Part shown: one piece after another, positions 18,065 through 28,155 of the stretch
Position numbering within the stretch: position 1 is the stretch's first letter
Layout of the letters: every line of letters starts with the position of its first letter
Source: an uncultured virus (IMG/VR IMGVR_UViG_3300035698_026924)
Taxonomy: Duplodnaviria; Heunggongvirae; Uroviricota; Caudoviricetes
IMG/VR virus record: IMGVR_UViG_3300035698_026924
Length of the DNA stretch: 64,000 bases
Strand: one strand, 5' to 3'
Notes under the pieces: generated by a model
What the model was told of the DNA's origin: nothing
Seen by the model: only the letters and a program-made list of their open reading frames with translations
The model's database searches: none
Translations under genes and position numbers: made by a program

Positions 18065-18549
18065 CAAATTCCCTGTAAAACTATCTGTTTTAAATCACTA
18101 AAAACTTTTGATTTTCTTATTTGCAATATATGTTTAGCCACATTACCGTCAGATGGCTCTTCTACTTCATTAAAATCATAAGACATTTTTTTATGAGGTA
18201 TTACAGATACGTCGTCATTGTTGGAAATATAATCTCGTATTTTAGCAAATGTTTCTGAACCAATAGATAGAAATAGAGCATCAGCTTTCTTTCTTCTGTT
18301 CATACCTTCCCATCCAGGTATGTTTTTTAATCCATGTTGATGGACTTGTGGGTCAGAAGTCAATGCAAGCATCAAATACCCTTGTGCTTTAGCCCAACTA
18401 ACTTCTGCCTCAAACAAAACTTTATTTATATCCAAAAGCAATGAATCTTTCTCATAAAGAATCTCGCAATATTCTTTTATTGATTCAGAAGTGTCTTTAC
18501 CACAATAAAAGTCTTCTATGATACTTTTTAAAATTACGTCACTATCCAC
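18064..18549 (-). CDS. Hypothetical protein
   Basis: 161-aa ORF, GTG start. Confidence 0.7.
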   Translation of the reverse strand: MDSDVILKSIIEDFYCGKDTSESIKEYCEILYEKDSLLLDINKVLFEAEVSWAKAQGYLMLALTSDPQVHQHGLKNIPGWEGMNRRKKADALFLSIGSETFAKIRDYISNNDDVSVIPHKKMSYDFNEVEEPSDGNVAKHILQIRKSKVFSDLKQIVLQGI

Positions 18550-18558
18550 AAAAGCCCC

Positions 18559-18756
18559 CTAATGGAAGTCAAAAAACATTCTTAGTTTTTTAGACGTTTC
18601 CTTCCATACAGTAATTTTGTCTTCCATTAAAAGCAAACAATCTTTGCGTTTATGATAAAATATTTCTATTAATGACTCAAGATTATTTTCGTCATAAGCA
18701 TCGTATTTGCTGTGGTATTCATCAATAATTAACAATATTACTTCGTTTTTATTCAT
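18559..18756 (-). CDS. Hypothetical protein
   Basis: 65-aa ORF overlapping upstream stop. Confidence 0.6.
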   Translation of the reverse strand: MNKNEVILLIIDEYHSKYDAYDENNLESLIEIFYHKRKDCLLLMEDKITVWKETSKKLRMFFDFH

Positions 18757-18967
18757 CGTCTACCTCATCTAAGCTATCACTATCTACTACTAAAAAGTAA
18801 TCCTCTTTTTCTATAATATAAAATACTTCATTGCAGTCTTTGCACTGTTCTTCATCAGCATTACAACAACCATATCCTTCTTTGGTCTTTATTGATTTAA
18901 CTGATAAGTTATATTCATATCCACAACTTGGACATTTTAATAAATCATCACCAACTAATTCTATCAT
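18749..18967 (-). CDS. Small zinc-ribbon protein
   Basis: CPSC...CKDC; AGGAG RBS; TCAAATATA upstream. Confidence 0.75.
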   Translation of the reverse strand: MIELVGDDLLKCPSCGYEYNLSVKSIKTKEGYGCCNADEEQCKDCNEVFYIIEKEDYFLVVDSDSLDEVDDE

Positions 18968-19011
18968 AATACTCTCCTAATGGCTATATTTGAAGAATAT
19001 TTATATATTTA

Positions 19012-19677
19012 TTAAAAAGAAATTGGCAGGTCAGGTGCGCTAATCAAATCAGCGTCACCGCCAACATCAATTATGTCATCATATTTTAACCACCAATTTT
19101 CGCCAGCCGTACCCACAGCAATTACAATTTGATGCCCAAGACGCTTTGGAGTGGGTTCTTCATGCTTGGAATCCATCACTCTCCATACAGGCGATGTTGC
19201 AACTGGCATGGTAGCATGTTGATACAGTATCACATGTTCATCATAAATATAATTAGTTCTTAAAGATTCCCATGCATCTTTTGCAGAAGACGCATGGCAT
19301 TCATTGGTGCTGCTTTTATCTTGGTTTGACATTATAAAATGATAAAGTTTTTCTATTTTGCCTTCTTGGTTATTGTCAGTAAAATAACCATTATCAACAA
19401 CAACGCTATTTTTTGAATCACCATTTATTTCAGACAACACCGCCGCTTCTTTTTTGGTTTTATCTCTCGCTCGTTTTAATGCTTCATTTTCACTTCTAGC
19501 ATTAATGTCAAACCACCCACAAAACGAATATATCTTCCATGCCCCATTAAGAGAGCTTTTTATTTCTATTCCACTGACATCATCGGTTGCTTTATAAATA
19601 ACCTTGGCGGCTTTTATCCGTGCATCTTCAATGTCATTAGCTTCTAATTCAAACCAGCCATTGTAATCGTACTTCAT
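19012..19677 (-). CDS. Hypothetical protein with short internal repeats
   Basis: Y.Y.GWF..[E/N]A....[D/E]A repeated twice plus a weaker third copy. Confidence 0.75.
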   Translation of the reverse strand: MKYDYNGWFELEANDIEDARIKAAKVIYKATDDVSGIEIKSSLNGAWKIYSFCGWFDINARSENEALKRARDKTKKEAAVLSEINGDSKNSVVVDNGYFTDNNQEGKIEKLYHFIMSNQDKSSTNECHASSAKDAWESLRTNYIYDEHVILYQHATMPVATSPVWRVMDSKHEEPTPKRLGHQIVIAVGTAGENWWLKYDDIIDVGGDADLISAPDLPISF

Positions 19678-19718
19678 TGAGAATCTCCTACAATTTTATA
19701 TTATTTCTAAAAACCCTG

Positions 19719-20375
19719 TCAATTGTGCTTATCAATGTCTATTGGCAATAATTTTCCGTTGTTATTGTCAATTAATCCTGTTTTTGCCCATTTCATAAAC
19801 AACTCATAAGCATACATCCATGGTTTTAAAAAGAACCAATATTTATCAATTGCTACTTTAGGCTCTTCTTCATCTAATATTATCTCAAGCCATGCACTAA
19901 CATGCCCTACACCAAATTCTTTGCTATTTTTTGATACAAGTGTGTATTTGGATGGTTTTGGCTCCATAGACATAGTCTGCCACCATGTCCAAAATTCATC
20001 AAGGACTTCTTTAGGAGATTTGTTATTGAATAAATCAGCCATGACATCATTTAATGTCGTATCAACATTATTCTCGCCTAACCATAAACGAAGATAATCA
20101 CCACCATTAGAATCATCTTTTACAACAGATAGCATCTTAGTGTCAATTTCATATCTTTTAATAAAAGATTTATTGCCACTCAAAACCATACAACAGTTGG
20201 TATCAATCCATTCTATGTCGGCATAAGTCATATCATTATTTGTATCAACATTTTTTGGCTTAGTATTAGCTAAATTTTGTAAAAAAGACATCCATTCGTC
20301 ATGATTTAAGATAACCTTAGATATAGATTCTTCTTTGCCATCAGTATGTTTAGCGCCATATTTTTCAATTTTCAT
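19719..20375 (-). CDS. Hypothetical protein
   Basis: 218-aa ORF. Confidence 0.75.
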   Translation of the reverse strand: MKIEKYGAKHTDGKEESISKVILNHDEWMSFLQNLANTKPKNVDTNNDMTYADIEWIDTNCCMVLSGNKSFIKRYEIDTKMLSVVKDDSNGGDYLRLWLGENNVDTTLNDVMADLFNNKSPKEVLDEFWTWWQTMSMEPKPSKYTLVSKNSKEFGVGHVSAWLEIILDEEEPKVAIDKYWFFLKPWMYAYELFMKWAKTGLIDNNNGKLLPIDIDKHN

Positions 20376-20595
20376 TGCTAGCCTGCCATGCAGAATGCAT
20401 TATTTTTTCAAGTTCCGGAATGCCAGCCAAATTAAAACCAGCAAACCATTCATCAAAGTTGCTTATATTTTTATCAGCAAGCCACGCTCTATGTGCTACT
20501 TTTTTGACAATTGCTAATGGATTTTCATCATCTGGTAGATTTTCCACCAGAGTTCCATAACCAGTAGAATCCCACCAGTCATTGAATGTAGTCAT
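20365..20595 (-). CDS. Hypothetical protein with duplicated F..W...AW.A unit
   Basis: TFNDWW...RAWLA and NFDEWF...SAWQA. Confidence 0.7.
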   Translation of the reverse strand: MTTFNDWWDSTGYGTLVENLPDDENPLAIVKKVAHRAWLADKNISNFDEWFAGFNLAGIPELEKIMHSAWQASNEN

Positions 20596-20864
20596 TGCGC
20601 TTTACAAATTTTTGTGGTTTCTTTATTAGTTTTTGCTACAATGTCACTTATAATGCTTTTTAAAGTTTTCTCTGCCCATTCTGATCCTCTGGCTTTTTTG
20701 TATTCAGAATAAAGATCATTACATATCTTCTCCATTCTTTTTGCATTTCTACATTGTTTTGCAAGAATAATCCATCTAGCTACAAATTGTGGAAACACAT
20801 GTACGACAACAATAGCCATCAACACGACAACTGCTGCTTTTGCAATAAATTCTACTATATCCAT
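20592..20864 (-). CDS. Membrane-anchored hypothetical protein
   Basis: N-terminal hydrophobic helix. Confidence 0.65.
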   Translation of the reverse strand: MDIVEFIAKAAVVVLMAIVVVHVFPQFVARWIILAKQCRNAKRMEKICNDLYSEYKKARGSEWAEKTLKSIISDIVAKTNKETTKICKAQ

Positions 20865-20865
20865 A

Positions 20866-21192
20866 TCATTCTCCGTTATTATTTTTTACGTCCAATACTT
20901 CTGTGAGGCAATCGACCAGTTTGTCTTTGACACTTTCTAAAAATTCTTTATGATCACCCTTAAAATTCTTAATAAAATCTTCTTCAGTTTTTAACAAAGA
21001 AAATTTGTTTTCGTTAGCAGCCACTATTAAACAATCGTATTTATCACCAAATGGCTTGCATTTACTTACCCAGTCTCTAATTTGCGCCATTTTGGCTGTA
21101 ACACCATATGACGGTAAGTCAGAAATGTCAACAAACCATACCGCATATTCTTTATTAGTCGTCAATGTAATTCTCCGATATTGCGCCGTCAA
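20866..21192 (-). CDS. Hypothetical protein
   Basis: 108-aa ORF in tandem. Confidence 0.6.
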   Translation of the reverse strand: MTAQYRRITLTTNKEYAVWFVDISDLPSYGVTAKMAQIRDWVSKCKPFGDKYDCLIVAANENKFSLLKTEEDFIKNFKGDHKEFLESVKDKLVDCLTEVLDVKNNNGE

Positions 21193-22015
21193 TTGTTAGC
21201 CAATCTTTATTACTTCTGTACTTTTTGTTGTCATCCCATGAAGAACACATCACAGAGTTTGTTGTTGAATATTGATCTGCTAGGAATCTAAGAGCATTAA
21301 GGTCCTTCGGAAAACACTTGCCTCCCCATCCCTTATCTCCATCTGGTCCTGGTACTTGCAAATGAGTAGGTCCAACCCTGTTATCACACGAAAACGCTTC
21401 TACAAGATCGTTCCAATCACCGTCGATTCCGTCTTCTTGAAGTTTACTCCATAGTTCATAATATTCATTCATCAATGATACCTTGACAGCAAACCATACA
21501 TTAGTCATATATTTCGCCATCATTCCAGCTTCAGCAGACACTTCAGCTATCCTAGCATCAGGAAACATCTTTTTATACATTTCTTTAAGCGGTTTTATGT
21601 CTTCTTTATCACCGCCCAAAACAACCCACTTAGAATCAACAAAATCTTGTCTAGCTGATCTTTCAGTTAAAAACTCCGGATTGGTTGTTAACCTTATGTC
21701 AACGTACTTGTTTTTAAATTTGTTTACAGATGTTGGCAATAAAGTTGATTTAATTGTTACTACTGATTTGCATTTTAACAATGATAATTCTTTTAAAACG
21801 CAATCAACAATAGTATCATCAAGCTCTCCACCTTTACCCATAGGAGTTGGGACACATATGAAAATCACTTCACAATTAATGACATCTTCTATCTTGGAAT
21901 CTGGCAATTTATGCGGATCATACGATACACACTTGATGTCGTATTGTTCAAGGCCAAATTTTAAAGCATCGCCAACAAAGCCAAGCCCAATTATTCCAAT
22001 TTTATTTTCTGACAT
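21155..22015 (-). CDS. UDP-glucose/GDP-mannose dehydrogenase family protein (short phage form)
   Basis: IGIIGLGFVG, FICVPTP, IKST, NPEFL, AKYMTN, GWGGKCFPKD; lacks the C-terminal UDP-binding domain. Confidence 0.9.
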   Translation of the reverse strand: MSENKIGIIGLGFVGDALKFGLEQYDIKCVSYDPHKLPDSKIEDVINCEVIFICVPTPMGKGGELDDTIVDCVLKELSLLKCKSVVTIKSTLLPTSVNKFKNKYVDIRLTTNPEFLTERSARQDFVDSKWVVLGGDKEDIKPLKEMYKKMFPDARIAEVSAEAGMMAKYMTNVWFAVKVSLMNEYYELWSKLQEDGIDGDWNDLVEAFSCDNRVGPTHLQVPGPDGDKGWGGKCFPKDLNALRFLADQYSTTNSVMCSSWDDNKKYRSNKDWLTIDGAISENYIDD

Positions 22016-22455
22016 AAGTGCTAACCCTTGCGTTGTTAGATAATAATGTTATTCCTGACAACAACATATCTTTCAAGATACTTTTATCAAAAAACATCAC
22101 AATTGTGCTGCCCTTTTATCGAAGTCACATGAAAACGATCATAATACGGCTCATACAACTTATATATCTTCAAACCACCAATAACATATAACACTTCATC
22201 ATTTGCAGGCCACACAATATCATCTGATACAACAACATCACCAATATCAAGATTACTATTACGCGATATGACAATGTTATTTCTGCCAGGAAGTGGTTTT
22301 ATGGGTAGAGTATCCCATGTTACTCTACCCATAACCACATTGCTACCATTCGTAGTTCTTTTAAAATGCTTTAAATCCTCTGGGCAGCTCCAAGGCATAT
22401 CTCCATCTTTGGCTATGCCCCATTCATGATCTACTGCAACAATTCCGATAATCAT
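22002..22455 (-). CDS. folA: Dihydrofolate reductase, split by a frameshift near its 3' end
   Basis: GIAKDGDMPW..PEDLKHFK, VMGRVTWDTL, PLPGRNNIV, VIGG; frame stops at CDVF* (22087) and +1 frame continues DKSILKDM...STYVRK* to 22002. Confidence 0.85.
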
Positions 22456-22664
22456 CTAGAGCTAGTTGGTATTCTTAAGTCATCCGCTTTACCAGATAAA
22501 CTTTTAAAATACTCAACATTCCAATCTTGATCATTTTCAATGACATAGTCAACTTCCTGTTTTACATTTTGCAATACAGTCCATCCGACTCTTTTTTCGC
22601 CAGCATTGATATAATGATCAACGATTGCTTTTTCTAAATTTTCTATCTTTTTGTGCAGGTGCAT
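22452..22664 (-). CDS. Hypothetical protein
   Basis: 70-aa ORF between thyA and DHFR. Confidence 0.65.
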   Translation of the reverse strand: MHLHKKIENLEKAIVDHYINAGEKRVGWTVLQNVKQEVDYVIENDQDWNVEYFKSLSGKADDLRIPTSSR

Positions 22665-22674
22665 GTCATTTCCA

Positions 22675-23544
22675 TCATATAGCCACAGGGGCTTTTATTC
22701 CTGAATGAGGGTTGTATCCCTCTATAGTTAAATCTTTGTACTCAAAGCTAGTTAAAGTTTCAATACCTCTACCCTTAAGATTAGGATTAATTACCAATTT
22801 TGGTAATTCTTTCGGTTCTCTTGATAGCTGCTTGTCTACTTGTTCTAAGTGATTTTTGTAAATGTGGAAATCACCAAATGTATGGATAAAGTCGCCAACT
22901 TCTAGATCAGTAGCAAACGCAATTAAGCTAGTCAACAAAGCGTACGACGCTAAATTGAATGGAACTCCTAAAAACATGTCAGCGCTTCTCTGGTACAATT
23001 GAAGACTGACTTTACCATTTCTGACATACACCTGCCACAATGTATGACAAGGAGGAAGAGTAACATTATCAGCGTCAACTGGATTCCATCCAGTGACTAT
23101 AAGTCTTCTTGAATTAGGATTATTCTTTATTTCATTAATGAGCCACAAAATTTGGTCAAATCCGCATTTTTTAATGGTTCTAACCTTTTCATTGTATACT
23201 ACTGGAGAACCACCAAAATTTCTCCATTGATGACCATAGATTGGTCCCAAATCACCTTCTTCTCTACCAAATTCAGCACATTTTTCTTTAGTTGCCCATT
23301 CATTCCAAATAGTAACTTTCTGGTCTTCTAGCCACTTGTTATCAGTGCGCCCTCTTAACATCCACATCAATTCAACAAATATTGATTTAGTATGCAGCTT
23401 TTTAGTTGTTAATAAAGGAAATCCTTTACTAAGATCAACTCTGTACTGCCCACCAAACATAGAAAGAGTGCCAACACCAGTTCTATCATCACTGTCTGAC
23501 CCTTCGAACCTAACTTTTTTAAGCATGTCTAAATATTGTCTCAT
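22675..23544 (-). CDS. thyA: Thymidylate synthase ThyA
   Basis: DRTGVGT, FPLLTTKK, LGPIYGHQWR, LPPCH, YQRSADMFLGVPFN, HIYKNH. Confidence 0.97.
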   Translation of the reverse strand: MRQYLDMLKKVRFEGSDSDDRTGVGTLSMFGGQYRVDLSKGFPLLTTKKLHTKSIFVELMWMLRGRTDNKWLEDQKVTIWNEWATKEKCAEFGREEGDLGPIYGHQWRNFGGSPVVYNEKVRTIKKCGFDQILWLINEIKNNPNSRRLIVTGWNPVDADNVTLPPCHTLWQVYVRNGKVSLQLYQRSADMFLGVPFNLASYALLTSLIAFATDLEVGDFIHTFGDFHIYKNHLEQVDKQLSREPKELPKLVINPNLKGRGIETLTSFEYKDLTIEGYNPHSGIKAPVAI

Positions 23545-23587
23545 GGTTTCTCCTTGTTAATAAAATACCCCAAGATAAATATAAAAT

Positions 23588-23725
23588 ATGAAATTAAAAA
23601 CAATCAATGAATTTAGTACCCTATACGGCCATAGTGCGTACAGAAGAAGATATTTAAATAGATATCCATCACAATATTTTAGAAATAAAAAGCCTAAACA
23701 AAAAACTTCCCAGAATGACAAGTAA
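23588..23725 (+). CDS. Small very basic protein (45 aa)
   Basis: Read by hand: MKLKTINEFSTLYGHSAYRRRYLNRYPSQYFRNKKPKQKTSQNDK; TAAAATATG at the start. Confidence 0.5.
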   Translation: MKLKTINEFSTLYGHSAYRRRYLNRYPSQYFRNKKPKQKTSQNDK

Positions 23726-23960
23726 TAATTTTTAAACTAACCATCACATTAACAAATCCTAACCATTTATTAGTTTGTTCACAATCAAAATCCCATTCCC
23801 AGTCTTTATCTGATATTACCTCAGTGCCAAACTCTTCTTGTACTTTTCTACATATCCATGTTTTATTAAAATCTTTACCTTTATACTTATCAACAAATCT
23901 ATAAGTTTTAAACCAATCAAATTTCTCCATATCCGGCAGTAAATAAAAGCGATGCGCCAT
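23694..23960 (-). CDS. Hypothetical protein
   Basis: Likely start MAHRF at 23960 just after GTATTTAA. Confidence 0.6.
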   Translation of the reverse strand: MAHRFYLLPDMEKFDWFKTYRFVDKYKGKDFNKTWICRKVQEEFGTEVISDKDWEWDFDCEQTNKWLGFVNVMVSLKIITCHSGKFFV

Positions 23961-23984
23961 TACTTTTAAATACAAAGATAACAT

Positions 23985-24929
23985 ATGAAATTCTTAGAAA
24001 ATCTAGAGTCCAAATTAACAGACAACGCCGAAGAGTTTGCTGACAAATTAGGTCAGACTAATATTAGGCCATGGATTATAAAACAATTTAATAACGGTCA
24101 TAAGTCACTTAATGACTATCAAAAAATAGTTGACTGGTCGTTAAATGTATCTCCCAACATAGATGAATTTGACTTCAACAGTGCTTTGAAAAAAGCTTCT
24201 GAGTTTAATGAAGAACAGCGTGACAATTCAGAATTTAATCCATACGCTAAACTAGATTCTAATTTAGTAACCATGGAATTTGACGACGGCAAAGAATGGC
24301 TAGAAATACCAAAAGAAGATTTCAATTCTGTATGCCACAGACTGCAATACGACTGTTCGAACGAGTTAAAACAGTCTCAAGAAAACAACAAATCGTGTTG
24401 GGCGCTTCAAGATCCTCAAGATAACACTATTTGCATATTCATTGAAAAAGAGCCATTTGGTATTGTTATAGGACAATACGGAAAAGAACCACAAGGACAA
24501 CAAAAAGAGATAAAATCGCTATGTGTAAGAAAAGGAATAAGTATTGTTCCAGAAGGATACGACACAGCTTCATTAGTGAAAGCTTTATCGACAAAAGAAA
24601 TTGATATAGAATCATTTCCAGATATATCCAAAATAATAAAAAGATTAAAACCAAACGATATCATAAGCTGCGATTTATTAAATTATTCTCACCATGCGTC
24701 AATAAAAACAATTTATGATTTATACCAAAAAACAAATCATGTATGTTTACTAAAATATGCCATTTGTTATTTAATATCATACGGCTTAACAAAAACAGAA
24801 GCATACAACAAAATCAAAAAAGAAGTAGAAAAAAACCAAGAGATATCAAATCTTCTTCACTTAGGAAACAGCGCAGCACCATATTCCAAGGAAATGGAAA
24901 AAGCTGTTATTGATATTTCAAACCTTTAA
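23985..24929 (+). CDS. Hypothetical protein
   Basis: 314-aa ORF starting MKFLENLE. Confidence 0.8.
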   Translation: MKFLENLESKLTDNAEEFADKLGQTNIRPWIIKQFNNGHKSLNDYQKIVDWSLNVSPNIDEFDFNSALKKASEFNEEQRDNSEFNPYAKLDSNLVTMEFDDGKEWLEIPKEDFNSVCHRLQYDCSNELKQSQENNKSCWALQDPQDNTICIFIEKEPFGIVIGQYGKEPQGQQKEIKSLCVRKGISIVPEGYDTASLVKALSTKEIDIESFPDISKIIKRLKPNDIISCDLLNYSHHASIKTIYDLYQKTNHVCLLKYAICYLISYGLTKTEAYNKIKKEVEKNQEISNLLHLGNSAAPYSKEMEKAVIDISNL

Positions 24930-25474
24930 AATGGCGGATCATCATCATAAGATGCAGCTGACTCTCTTCTAAGAGGCTTTACCGCAGATTTATTGCCAAC
25001 ACCATTAATTAAACGCAATCTTTCAAAAAAAGAAACCCTTGCATCTTTGCATTCAATAACGTTTTTAAATATCTTGTTGTCACACAACTCAAGAAATTGT
25101 TCTGCAGATTTTTTCCATCCATTAAATTCGCTATCTTTAACAGTAACTAAAATATTAAAAGTCTTTATTATTTCGCCGTCTTCGTCGTCATAATGATCGT
25201 CTCTGTCATCATATTCGACATAGTCTTTATCAAAGACTATGATTTTAAATCCAAAAGTTGGTAAGTCACTGTTTTCACTATATCTAGACAGTTTACTCAT
25301 ATCTACAAATGACTTTAAAGCGTCAGGTTTTACAACATAATCCCAGTCAGATTCCTCTGTTTCAACACCAAATCTCCTAGACCCAACAAGAATCCCATCA
25401 GATAAAACCACATTTAGAACAGCTTTGACATCATTGATAACACGGGCAGGATTAACACGAATTACTTTAGCCAT
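24926..25474 (-). CDS. Nucleotidyltransferase-fold protein
   Basis: LVGSRRFG...SDWDYVV (GS..DxD signature). Confidence 0.65.
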   Translation of the reverse strand: MAKVIRVNPARVINDVKAVLNVVLSDGILVGSRRFGVETEESDWDYVVKPDALKSFVDMSKLSRYSENSDLPTFGFKIIVFDKDYVEYDDRDDHYDDEDGEIIKTFNILVTVKDSEFNGWKKSAEQFLELCDNKIFKNVIECKDARVSFFERLRLINGVGNKSAVKPLRRESAASYDDDPPF

Positions 25475-26597
25475 TCTTCCATCCTTTTAAATAATTACCA
25501 TTTATCTTGACATATCCTTCAGGTTGGCAATGTTTAGAAGAATCATTATTTAAAGCTGCAATTTCTTTCTTGTTTTTAACATCATTCATTGCTGCATCAA
25601 AGGCATTAATTGCTGCCCTGCATCTTTTTGATTCAGATATTTCAATAACAGCCTGTGCCATATTTATTCTAGCTTCTGGTAGTCCACATCTTTCAACTGC
25701 CATACAAGCAGATAATGCAGCAGTCTGGGCATGCGGATTATCAGCAGCATCTTCAGCAGCTGATATCATTATTCTTCTGCATATATAAGCAGGATCTTCA
25801 ACCAAAGTCCACTTTGCCAACCAATATATAGCTGAGTTAGTATCACTATTTTGAATAGCTGTTTGCATCATTTGAGCATAATCAAAATGCTCATTGCCGC
25901 TTTTGTCGAAGTGAATATGCTTATCAGGAACCGCTAATTCAACATCTTCTATTTTAATCTTGTTATCTTCATCTAAAAATAATTCCACAATCGTTTCGGT
26001 TGCAGTTATTAATTTTCTAGCATCGCCAGAACTAAGCCTTATCAATTTCAATGCTGCATCTTTATTTATTGATAAAATATTGCCATTTCTTTTATAATGG
26101 TCCATCACTCTTATGAGAACTTTCATTAAGTCAGCATCTGACAATTGTTTTAATTCAAAAATTTGGCATCTAGAAACTAAAGCAGAATTAACAGCAAAAA
26201 CAGGCTTTTCAGTAGTTGCCCCAACTAATATGATATCACCATTTTCAACACTTGGCAGTAAAACGTCCTGCTGACTCTTGCTAAAGCGATGCACTTCATC
26301 AATGAACAATATAGTATCAGTGCCAGACTTTTTTCTTTTTATTGCGTTCTCAATAACTTTTCTAACATCAGCTACTTTTGCGCTTGTTGCATTTAATGTC
26401 TGAAAATCACAAGCGGTGTCATTAGCAAGACATCTAGCAATAGTGGTTTTGCCGATACCAGCTTTACCCCACAGTACCATTGATATTATGGAGTCTTTTT
26501 TGACCATTAGTCTAACAATACCTTCTTCACCAAGAAGATGCTGCTGTCCAATTATTTCGGATATTGATTCTGGTCTTAAGTCGTAGGCTAATGGCAT
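25467..26597 (-). CDS. rarA: RarA/MgsA-like AAA+ ATPase
   Basis: PLAYDLRP, IIGQQHL, WGKAGIGKTT, FIDEVHRFSKSQQDVLLP, GATTE.P, AIYWLA. Confidence 0.92.
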   Translation of the reverse strand: MPLAYDLRPESISEIIGQQHLLGEEGIVRLMVKKDSIISMVLWGKAGIGKTTIARCLANDTACDFQTLNATSAKVADVRKVIENAIKRKKSGTDTILFIDEVHRFSKSQQDVLLPSVENGDIILVGATTEKPVFAVNSALVSRCQIFELKQLSDADLMKVLIRVMDHYKRNGNILSINKDAALKLIRLSSGDARKLITATETIVELFLDEDNKIKIEDVELAVPDKHIHFDKSGNEHFDYAQMMQTAIQNSDTNSAIYWLAKWTLVEDPAYICRRIMISAAEDAADNPHAQTAALSACMAVERCGLPEARINMAQAVIEISESKRCRAAINAFDAAMNDVKNKKEIAALNNDSSKHCQPEGYVKINGNYLKGWKNG

Positions 26598-26631
26598 ATG
26601 CTTTTATACAGAAAAAGCACACAAGTAAATG

Positions 26632-27015
26632 TTATGTTATTTCATGCCTAATTTGTTTAAATTCATCATCACCCATCATGTATCCGTGATCCTGTCTGTC
26701 AATGTCTTTATCCATATTTTCAACCCAATACCATTCCAAAGCTACTGTGTCTTCAATAGCAACAAATCTATGCATCTCGCCGCTTTTAGCAACAGTTTTT
26801 AATCCACTAGTTAAGACTGTTCTGTCCGTCAAATCATAATCGTTTTTAATAACTTCTATAACCAATTTTCCACTTTCAACGTAAAAAGCATTATATCGCA
26901 TGTCATGTTTGTGGGTTGAACACACATAGCCTTTTTTAATAAATATTCTATGACATTCAACGCCATTATGCTTAAATAAAAGTTCTGTGGTTCCCCATAC
27001 TTTACCTTGAATCAT
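26632..27015 (-). CDS. Cupin-domain protein (sugar isomerase-like)
   Basis: GKVWG.TE, CSTHKH...FYVESGKL, GEMHRF.A.ED. Confidence 0.75.
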   Translation of the reverse strand: MIQGKVWGTTELLFKHNGVECHRIFIKKGYVCSTHKHDMRYNAFYVESGKLVIEVIKNDYDLTDRTVLTSGLKTVAKSGEMHRFVAIEDTVALEWYWVENMDKDIDRQDHGYMMGDDEFKQIRHEIT

Positions 27016-27470
27016 CTTTTTCCCCTATTACAAATACGATGATTTTCTCTCACAACAACAAACTTTTTCTCAAAATGATCCTGGGCTTCTAACATTGCTT
27101 TTTCTCTTCTTCTCTCAACTAAAGAATCAACAGAAGGAACACAATTGATATGGCCACAAATGCATACTGAATTTTTACCAGCTTTCACAAAAGGAACTTC
27201 ATACCTAACAGAACACTTTTCACATTTCATACTAATAATACTTGTTTCTTCTTCAATGTGATGGAAGATAGAAATTCTACTTGGATATTTTTGTCTTAGT
27301 GCTTGAGACAGATATGTCTTTTCTTTTTGAAAATCTGATCCATCAAAAAGATAAATATTAGAATCACCAGCTATCTCTATTGGCTTAAAATGAATATAAG
27401 GACCATGAAGCTTAACGTCTTTGTTTTTTTCTTCTGACACCAATGAATAAAATATGTAAATGCTTTTCAT
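27012..27470 (-). CDS. Hypothetical protein with zinc ribbon
   Basis: CEKC...CICG; AGGAG RBS. Confidence 0.7.
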   Translation of the reverse strand: MKSIYIFYSLVSEEKNKDVKLHGPYIHFKPIEIAGDSNIYLFDGSDFQKEKTYLSQALRQKYPSRISIFHHIEEETSIISMKCEKCSVRYEVPFVKAGKNSVCICGHINCVPSVDSLVERRREKAMLEAQDHFEKKFVVVRENHRICNRGKR

Positions 27471-27494
27471 CTTATCTCCTAAGAATTGTTATAA

Positions 27495-28112
27495 TTATTT
27501 GCCGCTTGATCCGAATCCTCGATTTCCTCTACTTGATGGCCTTAAATCGTTTGATTGTTCAATCCCAAATGGTGCAGTTTTTGCTAAAATCATCTGAGCC
27601 ATTCTGTCTCCATGATAAACTTCAACATTGCAATTGTTGCCATTATGAGCTTGAATCAATATTTCACCACGGTAGTCATCAATGATTCCTTCGATTATTC
27701 TAAGACGATGTTTTTTCTCTGTACTACTGCGGTGGACAATTCTTCCCCAATACCCAACTGGGAATTCCATCACTATACCAGTATGTAACATCTCTCTTTC
27801 ATTAGGCCAAATCTTTTTACATCCATGATCTTGATCTTCTTTAGATAATACAACAGGCAAGTCAAAACCAGCATCTCCTTCATAAGCCCTTTTCATTGTA
27901 CTAAGTTCATGAAGTTTTTTGGCTGATTCTCCGTACTCGTCATTAGTATAAGAAAATCTTATTTTTTCAGAATCAATTTTAATTCTTTCACTAACGTTAA
28001 ATAATTCCATTATACAATCAACAACAGACTCGTTCAAACTAAAATCATGAACAAAACGAATTTTCATTTTTTCAATTTCTTTAGTTAATCGTTGTTTATT
28101 AGTCGTGTGCAT
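27495..28112 (-). CDS. dut: Trimeric dUTPase with N-terminal extension
   Basis: GDAGFDL, RSS, GIIDDYRGEI, GDRMAQ, RGNRGFGSSG. Confidence 0.92.
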   Translation of the reverse strand: MHTTNKQRLTKEIEKMKIRFVHDFSLNESVVDCIMELFNVSERIKIDSEKIRFSYTNDEYGESAKKLHELSTMKRAYEGDAGFDLPVVLSKEDQDHGCKKIWPNEREMLHTGIVMEFPVGYWGRIVHRSSTEKKHRLRIIEGIIDDYRGEILIQAHNGNNCNVEVYHGDRMAQMILAKTAPFGIEQSNDLRPSSRGNRGFGSSGK

Positions 28113-28155
28113 TTGCTTTATCTCCTAAAGTTAAATACATATGTATTTTACAAAA

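Noticed and set aside
22675..28112. Uracil- or hydroxymethyluracil-substituted DNA
   Set aside because: Canonical ThyA, DHFR and dUTPase point to ordinary dTTP synthesis
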